A stretch of DNA of 64,000 bases, taken from positions 16,168,789 to 16,232,788 of the forward strand of contig NC_083409.1 in the NCBI RefSeq assembly GCF_020745735.1, written 5' to 3'. The notes below the pieces were generated by a model. It was not told the DNA's origin and made no database searches. It worked only from the letters and a program-made list of their open reading frames with translations. This document shows, piece by piece, positions 10,820-23,399 of this stretch. Source of the DNA: Hemiscyllium ocellatum. Lineage: Eukaryota. Numbering within the stretch: the stretch's first letter is position 1; each line of letters starts with the position of its first letter. The position numbers and the translations under genes are program-made.

Positions 10820-11580
10820 TGACCAGGACCTGTCCCTCTCTCTCTCTGACTCACATCTGCCATTTCTTTCTCTCTACCTCTACCTCTCTCTCCCACTGTT
10901 AATCTCTTTCATGTTCTCTCTCTCTCTCTCTCTCTCCCTCTCTCTCTCTCTCTCACACACACACTCTGTCTCATAGCCACTCTCTCCAACTCACTGATGC
11001 TTTCTCACTCCATCTTATCATCTGTTTCTCCATCTCTCACTGTCTCTGTTACTCGCTCCCTCTCTCACTTCAATTAAAAGCCTCCAATTGTTATCTGTCA
11101 CTCTCTATTCCTCCCTCTTTCTCTCTCCTTCCCTCTCGACCTCCCAATTTACAGTCTCTCTCCCTCTCTCTCTCTGTCATTATAAATCTACCCATACTCA
11201 TCTCTCTCTCTCACACTCAACTCTACCCTCCCTCTCAACTCTCTTCATGCTTTGTCTCACACCCATCCTGTCTCTCTCTCTCTCTCTCTCTCCTTGTCTC
11301 TTTCTCTCTCTCCATCCCTCTCAGTCACACTGTCTCACATCTTGTTTCACTCTCTATCCCTCAGCCTCACCATTTCTACCTCCCTCTAACTCTCTCGGTC
11401 CCCTCACATATCTTACACCGTATCAGATGCTCGTCCCTCTATCTCTCTCTCTCACTTTCTTTCTTTCTTTCTCTCTCTCTCACACTCACACACACACACA
11501 CACACGCACGCCCACACTCACTATTTTTCCCTCCATCTCTCTCTCTGCCTCACTGCTCTCTCTTTCTGACAGTGTCCTGG
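10820..11580 (+). repeat. Long CT/CA low-complexity tract (homologues at 38930-39370 and 60380-61140)
   Basis: (CT)n and (CA)n runs in a pyrimidine-rich stretch. Confidence 0.9.
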
Positions 11581-12399
11581 GTGGTGACAGTTGAATGCAG
11601 GATAAATCTCCCTCTGCTCTGCCCCACTAATGGATGTTAACCCTTGACCCCTGTCTTCTCCTGGAGTAAGGCCCTATTTCCACGTTGACCAGGGTTTGGC
11701 CTCTCTCAGGAAGATGGACAGATTCTGGTCAAATGAAGGGCAGTTCTGTGCTGTTCTGTACTGTTGGCCTATTCTCACTGGGGACTGATTTGGACACAAA
11801 GCTCATTCCATGAAGGCCCAGCAGAGAGAGGAGATCCTCAGGCCATCAGTGTGAGTTGGAGGCACAGGACAAGCTCTGACCCACTGACCCATCCTGTCCA
11901 TTCACAACATGTTCCAATCCCTTCCCCTCTCCTTCCCCTTCCATGGTCAGTCTTTTCTGAAATGGAGTGGTCCCTTCCCTGTCTCACACCAAGGAGGAGA
12001 TGGACAGATATTTAATGGGTAATGGGTTAAAGGATGATGGAGAGTGGGCAGGAAAGTGGAGTTGAGTCTGAGATGGGATCAGCCATGATTGTATTAAATG
12101 GTGGAGTGGGCTCGAGGGGCTGAATTGCCTGCTCCTGCTCCTAGTTCTTATGTTCCTCCACCCTCTCCCCCATCCCTCTTACTGCAACTTTGTGAACATT
12201 CTTGGAATGTTTGGACATTGAAGGAGTTATGTGAATTCAAGATTTGTGTGGATTTAATGTGGGGACAGAATTGCACACGGGCTGTGATAGCTCCTGCGGT
12301 TGAATATCCTGCTGGCAGGCTTCCGCCTTCCATATACAGAATGGGGAAGTGGGGGAGGTGGGAATGTACTGCTGGGGTACACGGCACTGTCCTCTAACA

Positions 12400-14040
12400 A
12401 TGTGGTTGACTCTCTAGTGCCCTCTGAAATGGCCGCGCAAGGCTCTCAGTTTTATCAATTGTGACAATGTTTCAACAAAGAAATGAGACCGGACGGACCA
12501 CAGGCATCGATCTAGACACCGAAAAGACAATGACAGAAACAGTCCTGTCTACCCTGCTCTGTCCTCCTTACTGACATTTGGGAGTTAGTGCCAAATTCAG
12601 GAAAGCTGTCTCACAGACTAGTCAAGCAACAGCCTGACACTGTCATACTCACAGAACCATATAGACAATGTCCCAGACACTACCATCACTGTCCCTGCAT
12701 GTGTCCTGTCCCACCAGAAAGGCAGACCCAGCAGAGCTGATGACACAGTGGTCTACAGCCAGAAGGGAGTTACCCTGGGAAATCTCAAAGCTGGCTCTGG
12801 ACCTCATGACACCAGGTTAAACATGGGCGAGGAAACCTCCTGGTGATTACAAGATATCTTGCTCCCTCGGCTGATGAATCAGTCTCTCCTGGGTGTTGAA
12901 CAACATTTGGAGGAAGCACTGAGGGTGATGACAGCAGAGAGTGTACTCTGGGTGGGGGGTTTCAATGTCCACCACTGAGAGTGGCTCGGCAGCAGCATTA
13001 CTGATCGAGCTGGTTGGTTCCTCATGGGTGTAGCTGAGGGACTGGCTCTGCAGCTGGAACCAAAAGATGGAAAAAGATGCTTGACCCCATCCTCACCAAT
13101 CTTGTGGCTGTAGATGCATCTGTCCTTGACAGTGTTGGTAAGAGTGACCATCACACAGTCCTTGTGGAAACAAAGTCTGACCTTCACATTGAGAATCCCC
13201 TCCATTGTGTTGTGTGGTACTATCACCGTACTAAATAGGACAGACTCCAAACAGATATTGCAACTCAAGGCAAACTCGTAAATGGGGATGATTGCCAAAG
13301 ATTGCATAATGCTCAGCACTCTTCTCAACTCCTCAGATACTGAAGCAGTCCACGTGCAAATGCAACAATATCTGGACAATATCCAGGTTTTGTCTGAGAA
13401 GTGACATTTCCCATTGGTGCCATGCAAATGCCAGCCAATCACCATCACCAATAAGAGACAAACTTAACATCGCCCCTTGACAATCAATGCTATTACCATC
13501 ACTGAATCCCCACGATCAACATTCTTGAGGTGCCATTGACCAGAAACACAACTGGATTCACCAAAGAAACACAGTGGTTACAAGAGCAAGTTAGAGGCTA
13601 GGAATACTGCATCCAGTAATTCAACTCCTGATCCCCCAAAGCCTGTCAACCAAGTCAGGAGTGTGAGCAAATACTCCCCACTTGCCTGGACAGGTGCAGC
13701 TCCAACAACATTCACAGAGTCATACAGCACAGGAACAAACCCTTAAGCCAAACTTCTACATGCTGACCAGGTTTTCTGAAGTGAACTCATCTTATTTGCC
13801 TGCATTTCACACATATCCCTTGAAACCTTTCCTATCTATGTCGATTGTATCCTATGTCTTTCTTATCCACTCAAAAAGCTTGATACCATCCAGAGCAAAG
13901 CAAACTCCTTGATTGGCATCGCATTCTCAAAGCATCCAAACTCACCGTCACTGACGCTCCATAGCAGCAGTGTGTATTATCGAAAAGATGCACTGCAGAA
14001 ATTCATCACCGATCTTCAGATAGCACCTTCCAAACCCATG
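12400..14040 (+). mobile_element. Decayed APE-type non-LTR retrotransposon of a different family (L2-group-like); copy at 61960-63600, related fragment at 35110-35620
   Basis: APE-like remnants (..VKQQPDTVILTE.., GGFNVHH) broken by frameshifts. Confidence 0.6.
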
Positions 14041-14240
14041 GACAAAAATAGAAATTGCAGGAAAAGCTCAGCAGGTCTGGCAGCATCTTGGAGAGAAATC
14101 AGAATTAACATTTCAGGTTGAGCATGAAATATTAACTCTGATTTCTCTTCACAGATGCTGCCAGACCTGCTGAGCTTTTCCAGCACTTTCTATTTTTGTC
14201 TCAGATTTACAGCATCTGCAGTTCTTTTGGTTTCCCTCCA
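14041..14240. mobile_element. Third fold-back element (copy at 63603-63800)
   Basis: About 73-bp inverted arms GACAAAAATAGAAA..GCAGCATCT / AGATGCTGC..TTTCTATTTTTGTC; no hammerhead core left in the centre. Confidence 0.65.
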
Positions 14241-14789
14241 AACCCACGTTCACTTCCATTTAGAACAAGAGCAGCAGATACATGGGAACACTGTGAGCTG
14301 CAAGTTCCCCTCGAAAAAGCTTAGCATCCGGACTTGGAAATACGTCGCTGATCCCTCAGCCTTGCTGGGTTAAAATGCTGGCATTGTGGGTCAACTTACA
14401 GCTTGTGGACGATAACAATTCAAGATGGCAGCTTCCCACCACCTTCTCCAGGGCAACTAGGGACAGGGTAAAAAATGTTGGCCCAGCCGGTGAAGCCCAC
14501 TTCCCACAAGTGAATATGCAAAACCAAATGAAGTGTCCCTCAGGAGGGGAGAGGGAATGTTCAGGATCCTGAACTCCATTTCCCAGCCCAGGCAGTTTGT
14601 CTCCCAATGAATGAATGAGATGCCAATTTGAAGCCCAGGTTCAGGGCAGTCTCACTCTGTGGACATGAGGTCTATAAGAGAGAATTGGAGATTGAGCTGT
14701 AAAGGAAAGATTTGCTGGGTTATGGGGAGAGAGAGGGGAGCAGTGGGATTCACTGGGTCATTCAAAGGCATGATGGGCTGAATGGCCTC

Positions 14790-15050
14790 CTCCTGTGCTG
14801 TCAGATTCCAGGGAGTGCAGACAGTTTACAGTTTTCTCCCATCTCAGTAACAAACACCCAGCTGCTCCAAGCTCTTTCTTTCACTTCCTCTCTTGATGAA
14901 GTTTCAACCTTGTGCTCTGACAGTCTTTGCATTTATTTTTTACACTGGGGCTTTCTGCTGTGGTCAGAATCTCTAATAATAAGTGTTCAATCAGTGACAA
15001 TCACAGCAGCTAAGAGCAGTCAGGACTGAGGAGCCAGGCTCACTGGGAAA
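14790..15050. promoter_or_regulatory. Candidate B-cell enhancer block, left arm: EICE GAGGAAGTGAAA (minus, 14879-14890), E-box CAGCTG (14859-14864), RUNX TGTGGT (14959-14964)
   Basis: Block not recognisable as a repeat, conserved in inverted form at 34660-34920 with all three motifs retained. Confidence 0.55.
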
Positions 15051-15734
15051 CACATTGGGAAGATCAAAGCCATCCTCTTCAGCTCCTGGTACAAGCTCCA
15101 TCCCTCTCCCTGAGCACTGTCTGCTGCTCAACCAGACTCTTTACAACTTTGGCCTCATCTTTGGGGCTGATTTGAGGCCCAAATCCTCCACATCACAATT
15201 ATCAGCCACTGAAAATCTCAACCATGTTTTTGTGACCATTCCAATGATATCCAGGCCCACATCACAGCCACTGACTTCCGTAAACATCAGCTCATCCCAA
15301 ACTCTGCTGTCTGTTTTCAAACTCACACCAAGTCCACCCCATACCCCTGCCCAAACCTCCCCACCCCACCATGACCACCACAATCCTCACTGACTGACAT
15401 AAGCTCCTGGTCCAGCAACACCTCGATTTTTAAATTCTCATCCTTGTTCTCAATCTGCTCCCTGTTCTTCCACCCTCCCTATCTCTGTGACCTCCTCCAA
15501 GCTGCCTCACTCAGTGTGATCAATAATCTTGGATATATGGCTCTCTGTTTCTTCATCCAAATCATTGAGAAATATCGTGAAAAGCTGAGGTCCCAGCACA
15601 GATCCCTGGGAATACCACTACTCACATCTGTCTCATTGGAACACACGCACATTATCCTTCCTCTCTGTCTCCTAGACAGACCCATTCCTGACCCAAGGTA
15701 AATGCATTTCTCAAATTCCATCCAATTCCATGAT

Positions 15735-15870
15735 TTGGAGATGCCGGTGTTGGACTGTTATGTAAATGTTAAAAATCACACAACACCAGGTTCTAATGCA
15801 ACAGGTTTGTTTGGAAGTGTTAGCGTTTGGAGCACTGCTCCTTCATCAGATGGTTGTGGAGTGTAAGATC
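15735..15870 (-). mobile_element. Penelope-derived short element (second family) with a broken hammerhead core
   Basis: Minus strand CTGATGA-A-GGAGC-AGT-GCTCC-AAAC (G of GAAA missing); shares arms with 7497-7698. Confidence 0.6.
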
Positions 15871-16289
15871 TGAACCAATGCTTCTTTTGTGGAACATACT
15901 TAAATGTTTTTTGGAAGTCCCGATAGACAATAGCCATCGACATTCCCTTATATCCCAAACTAATGAGCTCCTAACAAAGTGTAATCCGGTTATTTAAAGA
16001 TGTCTGAACCTTTGTCAATCCAGGCTGTCTCTCTCGGACCAGTTCATATTTGTCCGTTATTCTGCCTCTAAAAACAGACTCAATCACTTCCTGACAACAG
16101 ACATTCAATGGAGATGTTCATTGTAATTGAGGCTCGTAAACAGCTAGCACTGACACGAGGAGCTGAACAGCCTCCTCCTGTGCTGGCATCTTCTCTGTCT
16201 CCTTGACGGAAATATTTTACAGATTAAAAACTAAAGACCAGCAGCAAATTTTAAAATATAAATTAAAATCTCCTCAAATAATTTCCACA

Positions 16290-16660
16290 TACAGGGCCGG
16301 GCGATGTGTAGTAATTGCACGATGGGGAAGGTGGTGGAGCCCATTGTAGCTCAGAGTGACCACATCTACAGCAAGTGTTGGTTGCTCAAGACACTCCAGC
16401 TCCGAGTTGATGAGCTGGAATCTGAGCTTCAAACACTGCGACACATCAGGGAGGGGGAGAGTTACCTGGACACTGTGTTTGGGGAGACAGTCACACCTTG
16501 TAGGTTAAATACTTCAAATTATGGCCAGTGGTCAGGGACAGGAGGGTGTGACCAAAAGTGAACAGGCCGATGCAGCCTGGATTTAGCCTTACAGGTGCCT
16601 CAGCTCCTTGTCCAACAGGAATGAGGTACTTGCTCCCTGTGTCAATGAGGAAAAGGATTG
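16290..16660 (+). mobile_element. CR1 ORF1 fragment (Cys-rich N-terminus and coiled coil)
   Basis: MCSNCTM..SKCWLLKTLQLRVDELESELQTLRHIREGE. Confidence 0.65.
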
Positions 16661-16999
16661 TCGGGAGAATGGGCAAATGTAGTTTGAGGATTTTGGTGAT
16701 AGTGACCATAACTCTGTAAGTTTCAAAGTCATTATATAAAAAGATAAAGATAGGGCAGAAATTATAATGTCTAAACTGGGGAAAATGTAGGGATGTGTAG
16801 GTTAGGTGCATTAGCCATGGGAGATGCAGATTTACAGGGATAAGGTAGGGAGACAAGTCTGGGTGGGATGCTCTTCAGAATGTTGGTGTGGACTCATTGG
16901 TCTGAATGGCCTGTTTCACACGGTATGGATTCTATAATTCGATGACTCCTAAGGGCAGTCATTGCTGGCTTGGCCAGAGATGTCCATTTCCTATGAATG

Positions 17000-19650
17000 A
17001 ATGAAGGAAACCACTGCACCATGGTCCAGGAGACCACTCAGACTGGGGGAGCATAAAGAAAAGAGGGGTCTTGATAATGAGGGGAACTGATAGCATCCTT
17101 TGTGAGCAGGATTGAGAGCCCCACTTGGTGTGTTTCCTGCCTGGTTTCAAGGTAAGGGCATCTCGAGCCGGCTTTTAAGTATAACAGACTTGGGGGGTGT
17201 GGAGGGGTGGGGGGGTTGAGGATCCAGTTGTTGTTGTCTGTGTTGGGACCAACAACATCAACAAAAATCGGCAAAAGCTCCTATTTGGACAATATCAGGA
17301 AAGCTATCAGAAGGATATTGATTAGACAGATGGAGAGAAATAAGAAAGAGGTGAATACAGCATCAGTGCTGAGGAACAGATTCCAGTGAATGGACCAAAT
17401 ACGAGTTCTATATCCGAATGCATGAAGCGTAAGGAATAAATACAATAATCTGCAGGCACAAATTCAAATTTAAGATTGTGGTATCGGATCAATTACTGAG
17501 CCATAGTTGCAGAATCATTCAGATTGGGAACGATATCTATCGGGTTAGAAGGTTCACAGGATGGATATAGGGAAATGGCAGAAGAGGTGGAGCAGCTTCA
17601 TTGATGAGGGAAAAAATGGCTTCAATGGTGAGGGAGGTCATAATGAGGAGAAAACATTCAGTGGGACTGAGGAGCAGGAAAGGATCGAAAACTGTAATAG
17701 ATGTTGGATACAGACCCCCCTGACAGCAGCTCTGAGGTGCTGGATTATATAAATGGAGGAATTAGACAAGTGTGTAGCAAAGCCAGTGTATTATTAATGG
17801 GGAAGTTTAACTTTAACTTAGATTGGGAGACAGACAAGCCCTCTGTCAGAAAGGTAGTGAATTGCTGCTGTGTGTCCAGAATAGTTTCCAACAGCAATAG
17901 GTCCTGGATACAACAAGGGGACAAGCAATATTGGAATTAGTAATGAATAATGAGCCAGATTTAGTTCGTAACTATTTGTGCATGAATATTTATCAAATAG
18001 TGATCATAACATGATCTAGTTCAGTGTCGCATTTGAAAGTAAAAAGCATGAATCAGCTGCTAGAATTTGAGATTAAGGTAAGGGCCGACTTTAACGAGAT
18101 GCGACAGAGACAGTCCACAGTAAACTGGGAAAATCAGCTCATGGGTAAAACAACTGAAGAACAGTGGGGAATACTTAAAGGAACATTCAGCACAAAACAA
18201 AGCCAGTTTATACCTGAGAGGGAAAAGCGAACAAACAACAATGGTCAATTAAAGAGATAAGGGAAAGAATAAAATGTTTAAAAAAGGCTTACAGAAAAGC
18301 CAAAAAAAGGACAGATTCCGCTGAATGGGAAGGATACAAAAGGGCCCCATATCAGCTTCTAAGAGCTACCAAAAGGGATTCTGAAAGGAAACATGTAAGG
18401 GATAACAAAATCAATAAGGAGAAATGTTACAGTTCCATAAAAGGGAAGCTGGGAGGTCAGGAGCAATGTTGGCCATTAAAGACTGAAAGTGACAATGGGG
18501 AAATGACAGCCATGTTAAATAAATACTTTACCTCAAGATTTGCAGCAGAAAAGGAAGAGGACTTGCCTGAAGTCCCAAAGGAATTAACAGAGGATCTGTG
18601 TCAGGGACTGATTAGATTCCCTGCAGTGTGCAAACATGCCTTTTGGCCCAACCAGTCCACACCGACCCTCCGAAGAGTAACCCACCCAGACCCATTTTCC
18701 CTCTGACTAATGCACCTAACGCTATGGGCAATTTAGTATGGCCAATTCACCTGACCTGCACATCTTTGGATAGTAGAAGGAAACCCATGCAGACAATGTG
18801 CAAACTCCACACAGGCAGTTGCCCGAGGCTGGAATTGAACCTGGGACTCTGGTGCTGTGAGGCAGCAGTGCTAACCACTGTGTCACCTAAATAAAGTTAA
18901 TGTCAATAGAACATGTGTAATAAGGAAAATAATGGAACTAAAGAGTGACAAATCCTCAGGACCTGAGAGTGATAAAGTAGTCATAGACCACATTGCAGAT
19001 ACCCTGACTATAATCTTTCAGAGTTACCTGGATTCAGGAGTCGTACTTCTGAATTGGAAAATTGCAAATTTCATTTCACATTTAACAAGAATGTTAGAGA
19101 AAAACCAGGGAATTACAGGTCACGAAGCCAACGTTTGTGGTGTGGAAATTGTTGCTGTCTATAATCAAGGATGGGGGTAACTGAAGACCTTGAAAATGGT
19201 CAGTTAATCGGGGAGAATCAACATGGATTCATGACAAGTTGGTCATGGTGAAAAAAACTCATTGAACATTTTTGAAGAGGAAACAAAATTACTGGACACA
19301 GTAATGTCAATGGATGTTGTTTATAGGCACTTCCAGAAGGCATTTGATAAAATCCCATGTAAGAAACTGTTCAACTCAGTTAGAAATCCACAGAATTGAG
19401 GCTAAAATACTGCCATACCGAAATTGGTTGACAGGTGACAGAAAATAGGGATCATGGATAAGTGCTGAAATTGGCAGGATGTGACCAGTGGTGTCCAATA
19501 GGAATGTGTGCGCACACCTCAATTATTTACATTATTTATTAATGCATTGGATAATGGCATAGAAAGTCAGATACTCTAGTTTGCTAATGACACAAAGTTA
19601 GACAGCTTTGTAGGTAGTGTTCATAGAGTCAGAGAGTCAGCATTCATCCA
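17000..19650 (+). mobile_element. Old, highly decayed CR1-type LINE with a nested SINE
   Basis: Remnants of LMGKFNFN, MLNKYFTS, DKSSGP and FQKAFDK motifs. Confidence 0.7.
18605..18890 (-). mobile_element. tRNA-derived SINE (HE1-like shark SINE)
   Basis: Minus strand 5' GGTGACACAGTGGTTAGCAC (A box) and GGTTCAATTCC (B box); CR1-like 3' tail ending GGGAATCTAA. Confidence 0.8.
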
Positions 19651-19679
19651 GTGCAATCTTTAACAGAGTATAATTTACA

Positions 19680-22380
19680 TAGAACTCCTTGACTCCATCT
19701 CTCTCACTCATTCTCTCTCCCCACCCCTCTCTAACTCAGCTGCATAGATCTCACTCTGAGTTCCATTCCTCTTTCTCTGTCCAAGCTCTATCCCCCTCTC
19801 TCTTAGTGCTCCATCTCTCTCTCTCTCTCTCTGTGTGTCTCTCTCTCTCTGTCCCTGTGCTCCATCTCTTGCTCTCTAAGCCGTATCCCTCCCTCCATTT
19901 CAGCTGCTGGGAGTTCGATCTGAGCCAATGCCAGTGAATCCCATGGAGAATAATGACGGGATATTTGGAGTGTGAGTTTGATGATGTAAATGTGAACCAT
20001 TGCAGCAAAGACATTACAGATGGTTTGTACAGACAGCAAAGCCCAAACCAGAGCATTGTGTCAATCAACACAGACCTAATGAAAGCTTCAATAAAATAAT
20101 TATAAATGCGATTCTCAGAGATATCATTATTCTAGTTACAAATGGCTATTTCTCAGTGAAGATCCATCCTGCTGAATATTAGATACAGCTGGGCTTTGAA
20201 GAAATATTGGGCAGATGGAGTGTAATGTGGGGGAGTGTGACCTTGTTCACTTTCACAATAATCATTCAAATGTGACTGGAGAGTTGTTAAGTCCACAGAG
20301 CAAAACTTGCCATTGGGTATAATCCATTAGGTGTGATAAATACAGAAACTCGCTTAGTTCTAGTTATCAGTGAGTTCTTGTCAACATCCTTTTAACAAAT
20401 CAATTTTATACAAGAATGACATACAACAAACCCTCTCTATACAACCTTCTCAGCTGGGAATAGGGCATCCCATATGCCTTCTTCACCACCCTGTCTAGCT
20501 ATGCTGATAACTTCCGGGATTGATGGAGTTGTACACCAAGGTCCTTTTGTTCCTCAGTACTCCCAAGGAACATAAGAACATAAGAACTAGGAGCAGGAGT
20601 AGGCCATCTGTCCCTTCAACCCTGCTCTGCCATTCAATAAGATCATGGCTGATCTTTTCATGGACTCAGCTCCACATTAGACCATAAGACAAAGGAGTGG
20701 AAGTAAGGCCATTTGGCCCATCGAGTCCACTCCGTCATTCAATCATGGGTGATGGGCATTGAAGGACAGTTACCCGCACTCTCCCTGTAGCCCTTAATTC
20801 TGTCCAAGATTAAGAATTTATCAATCTCTGCCTTGAAGACATTTAATATTTCAGCCGCCACTGCGCTCTGTGGCAATGAATTCCAAAGGCCCATCACTCT
20901 CTAGCTGAAGAAATGTCTCCTCAGTTATGTTTTAAACTGACCCCCTCTAACTCTAAGGCTGTGCCCATGGGTTCTAGTACCCCCACCTAATGGAAACAAT
21001 TTCCCAGCATCCACCCTTTCAAAACCATGCATTATCTTGTAAGTTTCTATTAGATCTCCCCTTCTAAAGTCGAATGAATACAATCCCAAGATCCTCAGCC
21101 ATTCATCATATATTAGGATTACCATTCCAGGGCTCACCCATGTGAATCTCCACTGGACACGGTCCAGTGTCAATATGTCCTTCCTGAGGTGTGGGGCACA
21201 AAAGTGGACTAAATGGGGCCTAACCAGAGCTTTATAAAGTCTCAGTAGCACATCTCATTTTACATTCCAACCCTCTTGAGATAAACTGGAGAAAGTGAGG
21301 ACTGCAGATGCTGGAGATCAGAGCTGAAAAATGTGTTGCTGGAAAAGTGCAACAGGTCAGGCAGCATCCAAGGAGCAGGAGAATTGACGTTTCAGGCATA
21401 AGCCCTTTTTCATTCCTGCTGCGCATTTTCAGCAACACATTTTTCAGCTCTTGAGATAAATGACAATATTACATTTGCTTTCTTAACCACGGATTCAACC
21501 TGCAAGTTAACCTTTAGAGAATCCGGGACTAGCATTCCCAGATCACTTTGTACTTTGGCTTTATGTATGTTCTCACCGTTTAGAAAATTGTCCATGCCTG
21601 TAGTCTTTTTTCTGAAGTTCAAGACTTGGCATTTACTCTCACTGTATCTCTTAATTCCTTTATTGTTCAAAAAATCTACTTAGCTTTAAAACATTTACTG
21701 AAGTAGCATCAATTTCTTCATTGAGCAAGGAATTTCATAGATTTATGACCCTCTGGGTAAGAGGTTCCTTCTCAATTCAGTCCTAAATCTGCTCCCCCTA
21801 ATTTTGAGGTTAAACCCTCTTGTTTTAGTTCCACCTGCCAGTGAGGACATCCTCTCTACTTCTGTCTTATCTATTCTCTTTATAATTTTATTTGTTTCTA
21901 TAAGATTCCCCTCATTCTTCTAAGTTCCAATGAATATATCCCAGTCTACACAGTCTCCCTTCATAAGCGAAACCCCTCCACCCCAGAATCAGCCTGGTGA
22001 ACTTTCTCTGCATCCCTCCAGTGCCAGTATTGCCTTTTTCAAGTAAGGAGACCATTACTGCATGCAGTACTCCAGGTGTGGTCTCACCAGCACCCTGTAC
22101 AGCTGCAACATAATCTTCCCGCTTTTTGAACTCAATCCCTTTAGCAATGAAGGACAAAATTCCATTTGCCTTCCTAATTGCTTGTTTTATCTGTAGACCA
22201 ACCCTCTGTGATTCATGCATAAGGATACTCAAGGTACATGCCTTTCATTGTGTATATCCTTCCCTTATTAGACCTCCCAAGTTGGATCACCTCAGAGGTA
22301 TGAGGATTAAATTACATCTGCCATTGCTCTGCCCAATTTACCAGCTGACCAATATCAGACTGTAGCCTGAGACCCGGTAA
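19680..22380 (-). mobile_element. Nested CR1 RT and 3' fragments plus a CT-rich tract
   Basis: LYKALVRPHL, IKQAIRKANGILSFIAKG and KANVILSFISR fragments on the minus strand. Confidence 0.7.
21286..21447. mobile_element. Penelope-derived fold-back element with 13-bp TSD, nested in a CR1 fragment
   Basis: Arms GAGCTGAAAAATGTGTTGCTG / CAGCAACACATTTTTCAGCTC; CTCTTGAGATAAA on both sides; core decayed. Confidence 0.72.
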
Positions 22381-23399
22381 TCCAAGATGGCCGCAGAGTC
22401 AGACACTTCAGAACGAGTTCATCTGCTCCGTCTGTTTCCTTTTCTTCTTTCTATCCCACTTCTCTTTTCATTTTCTTTTGTGTTTTTCTTTTGTCCTTCT
22501 CCCTAATTTCTTCTCCCGGACTCGGACTCCCAGCCTCAGTTACCAGTCCTCTGACCCAGTGCAGACCTAATGATGTGGCCTCTTGGCTTGATGTGGCAGT
22601 GTCCTGGCCTGGCAAGGAGACCTTCCAGAGCTGAAAATGTGTTGCTGGAAAAGCGCAGCAGGTCAGGCAGCATCCAAGGAGCAGGAGAGTCGGCGTTTCC
22701 GGCATGAGCCCTTCTTCAGGGATACCTTCCAGCCCAACGAGGCAGTCCAACATGATGGCCTCTGTTTGATGTGGTGGCCTCTCAGCCCAGCGTGATGGTC
22801 ACTCGGCCTAGTGTAGCGATCTCTGAGTGGCCCAGAGTGGTTCTCTCTCAGCCCACATAGTGGTCCTTTCTGTATATGGTGGTCTCTCCACCCGGGAAGG
22901 CCTCAGCGTGGACTTCCGGTCTCGAGATGATGACTTAAAGAATAATCCCATGGTAGCTAAGTTCTTAAGAAATGCTGTAATGTTTGAACTTTCAGCTTTA
23001 TTTCTTCATTTTCTACTTAAAACTAAAAAAGATCTGCAACGTGTAACCTTGAACTTTATTCTTTCTTTCTACCTTGTTCTTACGATTCTGTACTGAGGTC
23101 CTTGTACCTAAGATGGCGCCTTGTGAGGTGACGTTACATACTTTTCACTGTACTCCAATACTTTTGCAATCGAGAACACGTGACAATAAACTTAAATAAA
23201 AATCAAATCAATATCAATAACACCACCAATTTATGTGGCCTCTGAAAACTTTCTAATTTTACAATCACAGTCAATTTGTTAATGTACATTACAAACAGCA
23301 AGGGTCCCAGCCCCAGTCCCTGTCTTACACCACTGGTCACAGGCTTCCAATCACAAAGACAACCCTCCACCATCACTCTTTGCCTCATATTTGGATCCA

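Noticed and set aside
11088-11594. 168-aa Ser/Leu-rich ORF
   Set aside because: Translation of the CT/CA low-complexity tract.
12879-13451. 190-aa minus-strand ORF (copy at 62441-63013)
   Set aside because: It is the antisense frame of a decayed LINE endonuclease region with no recognisable domain.
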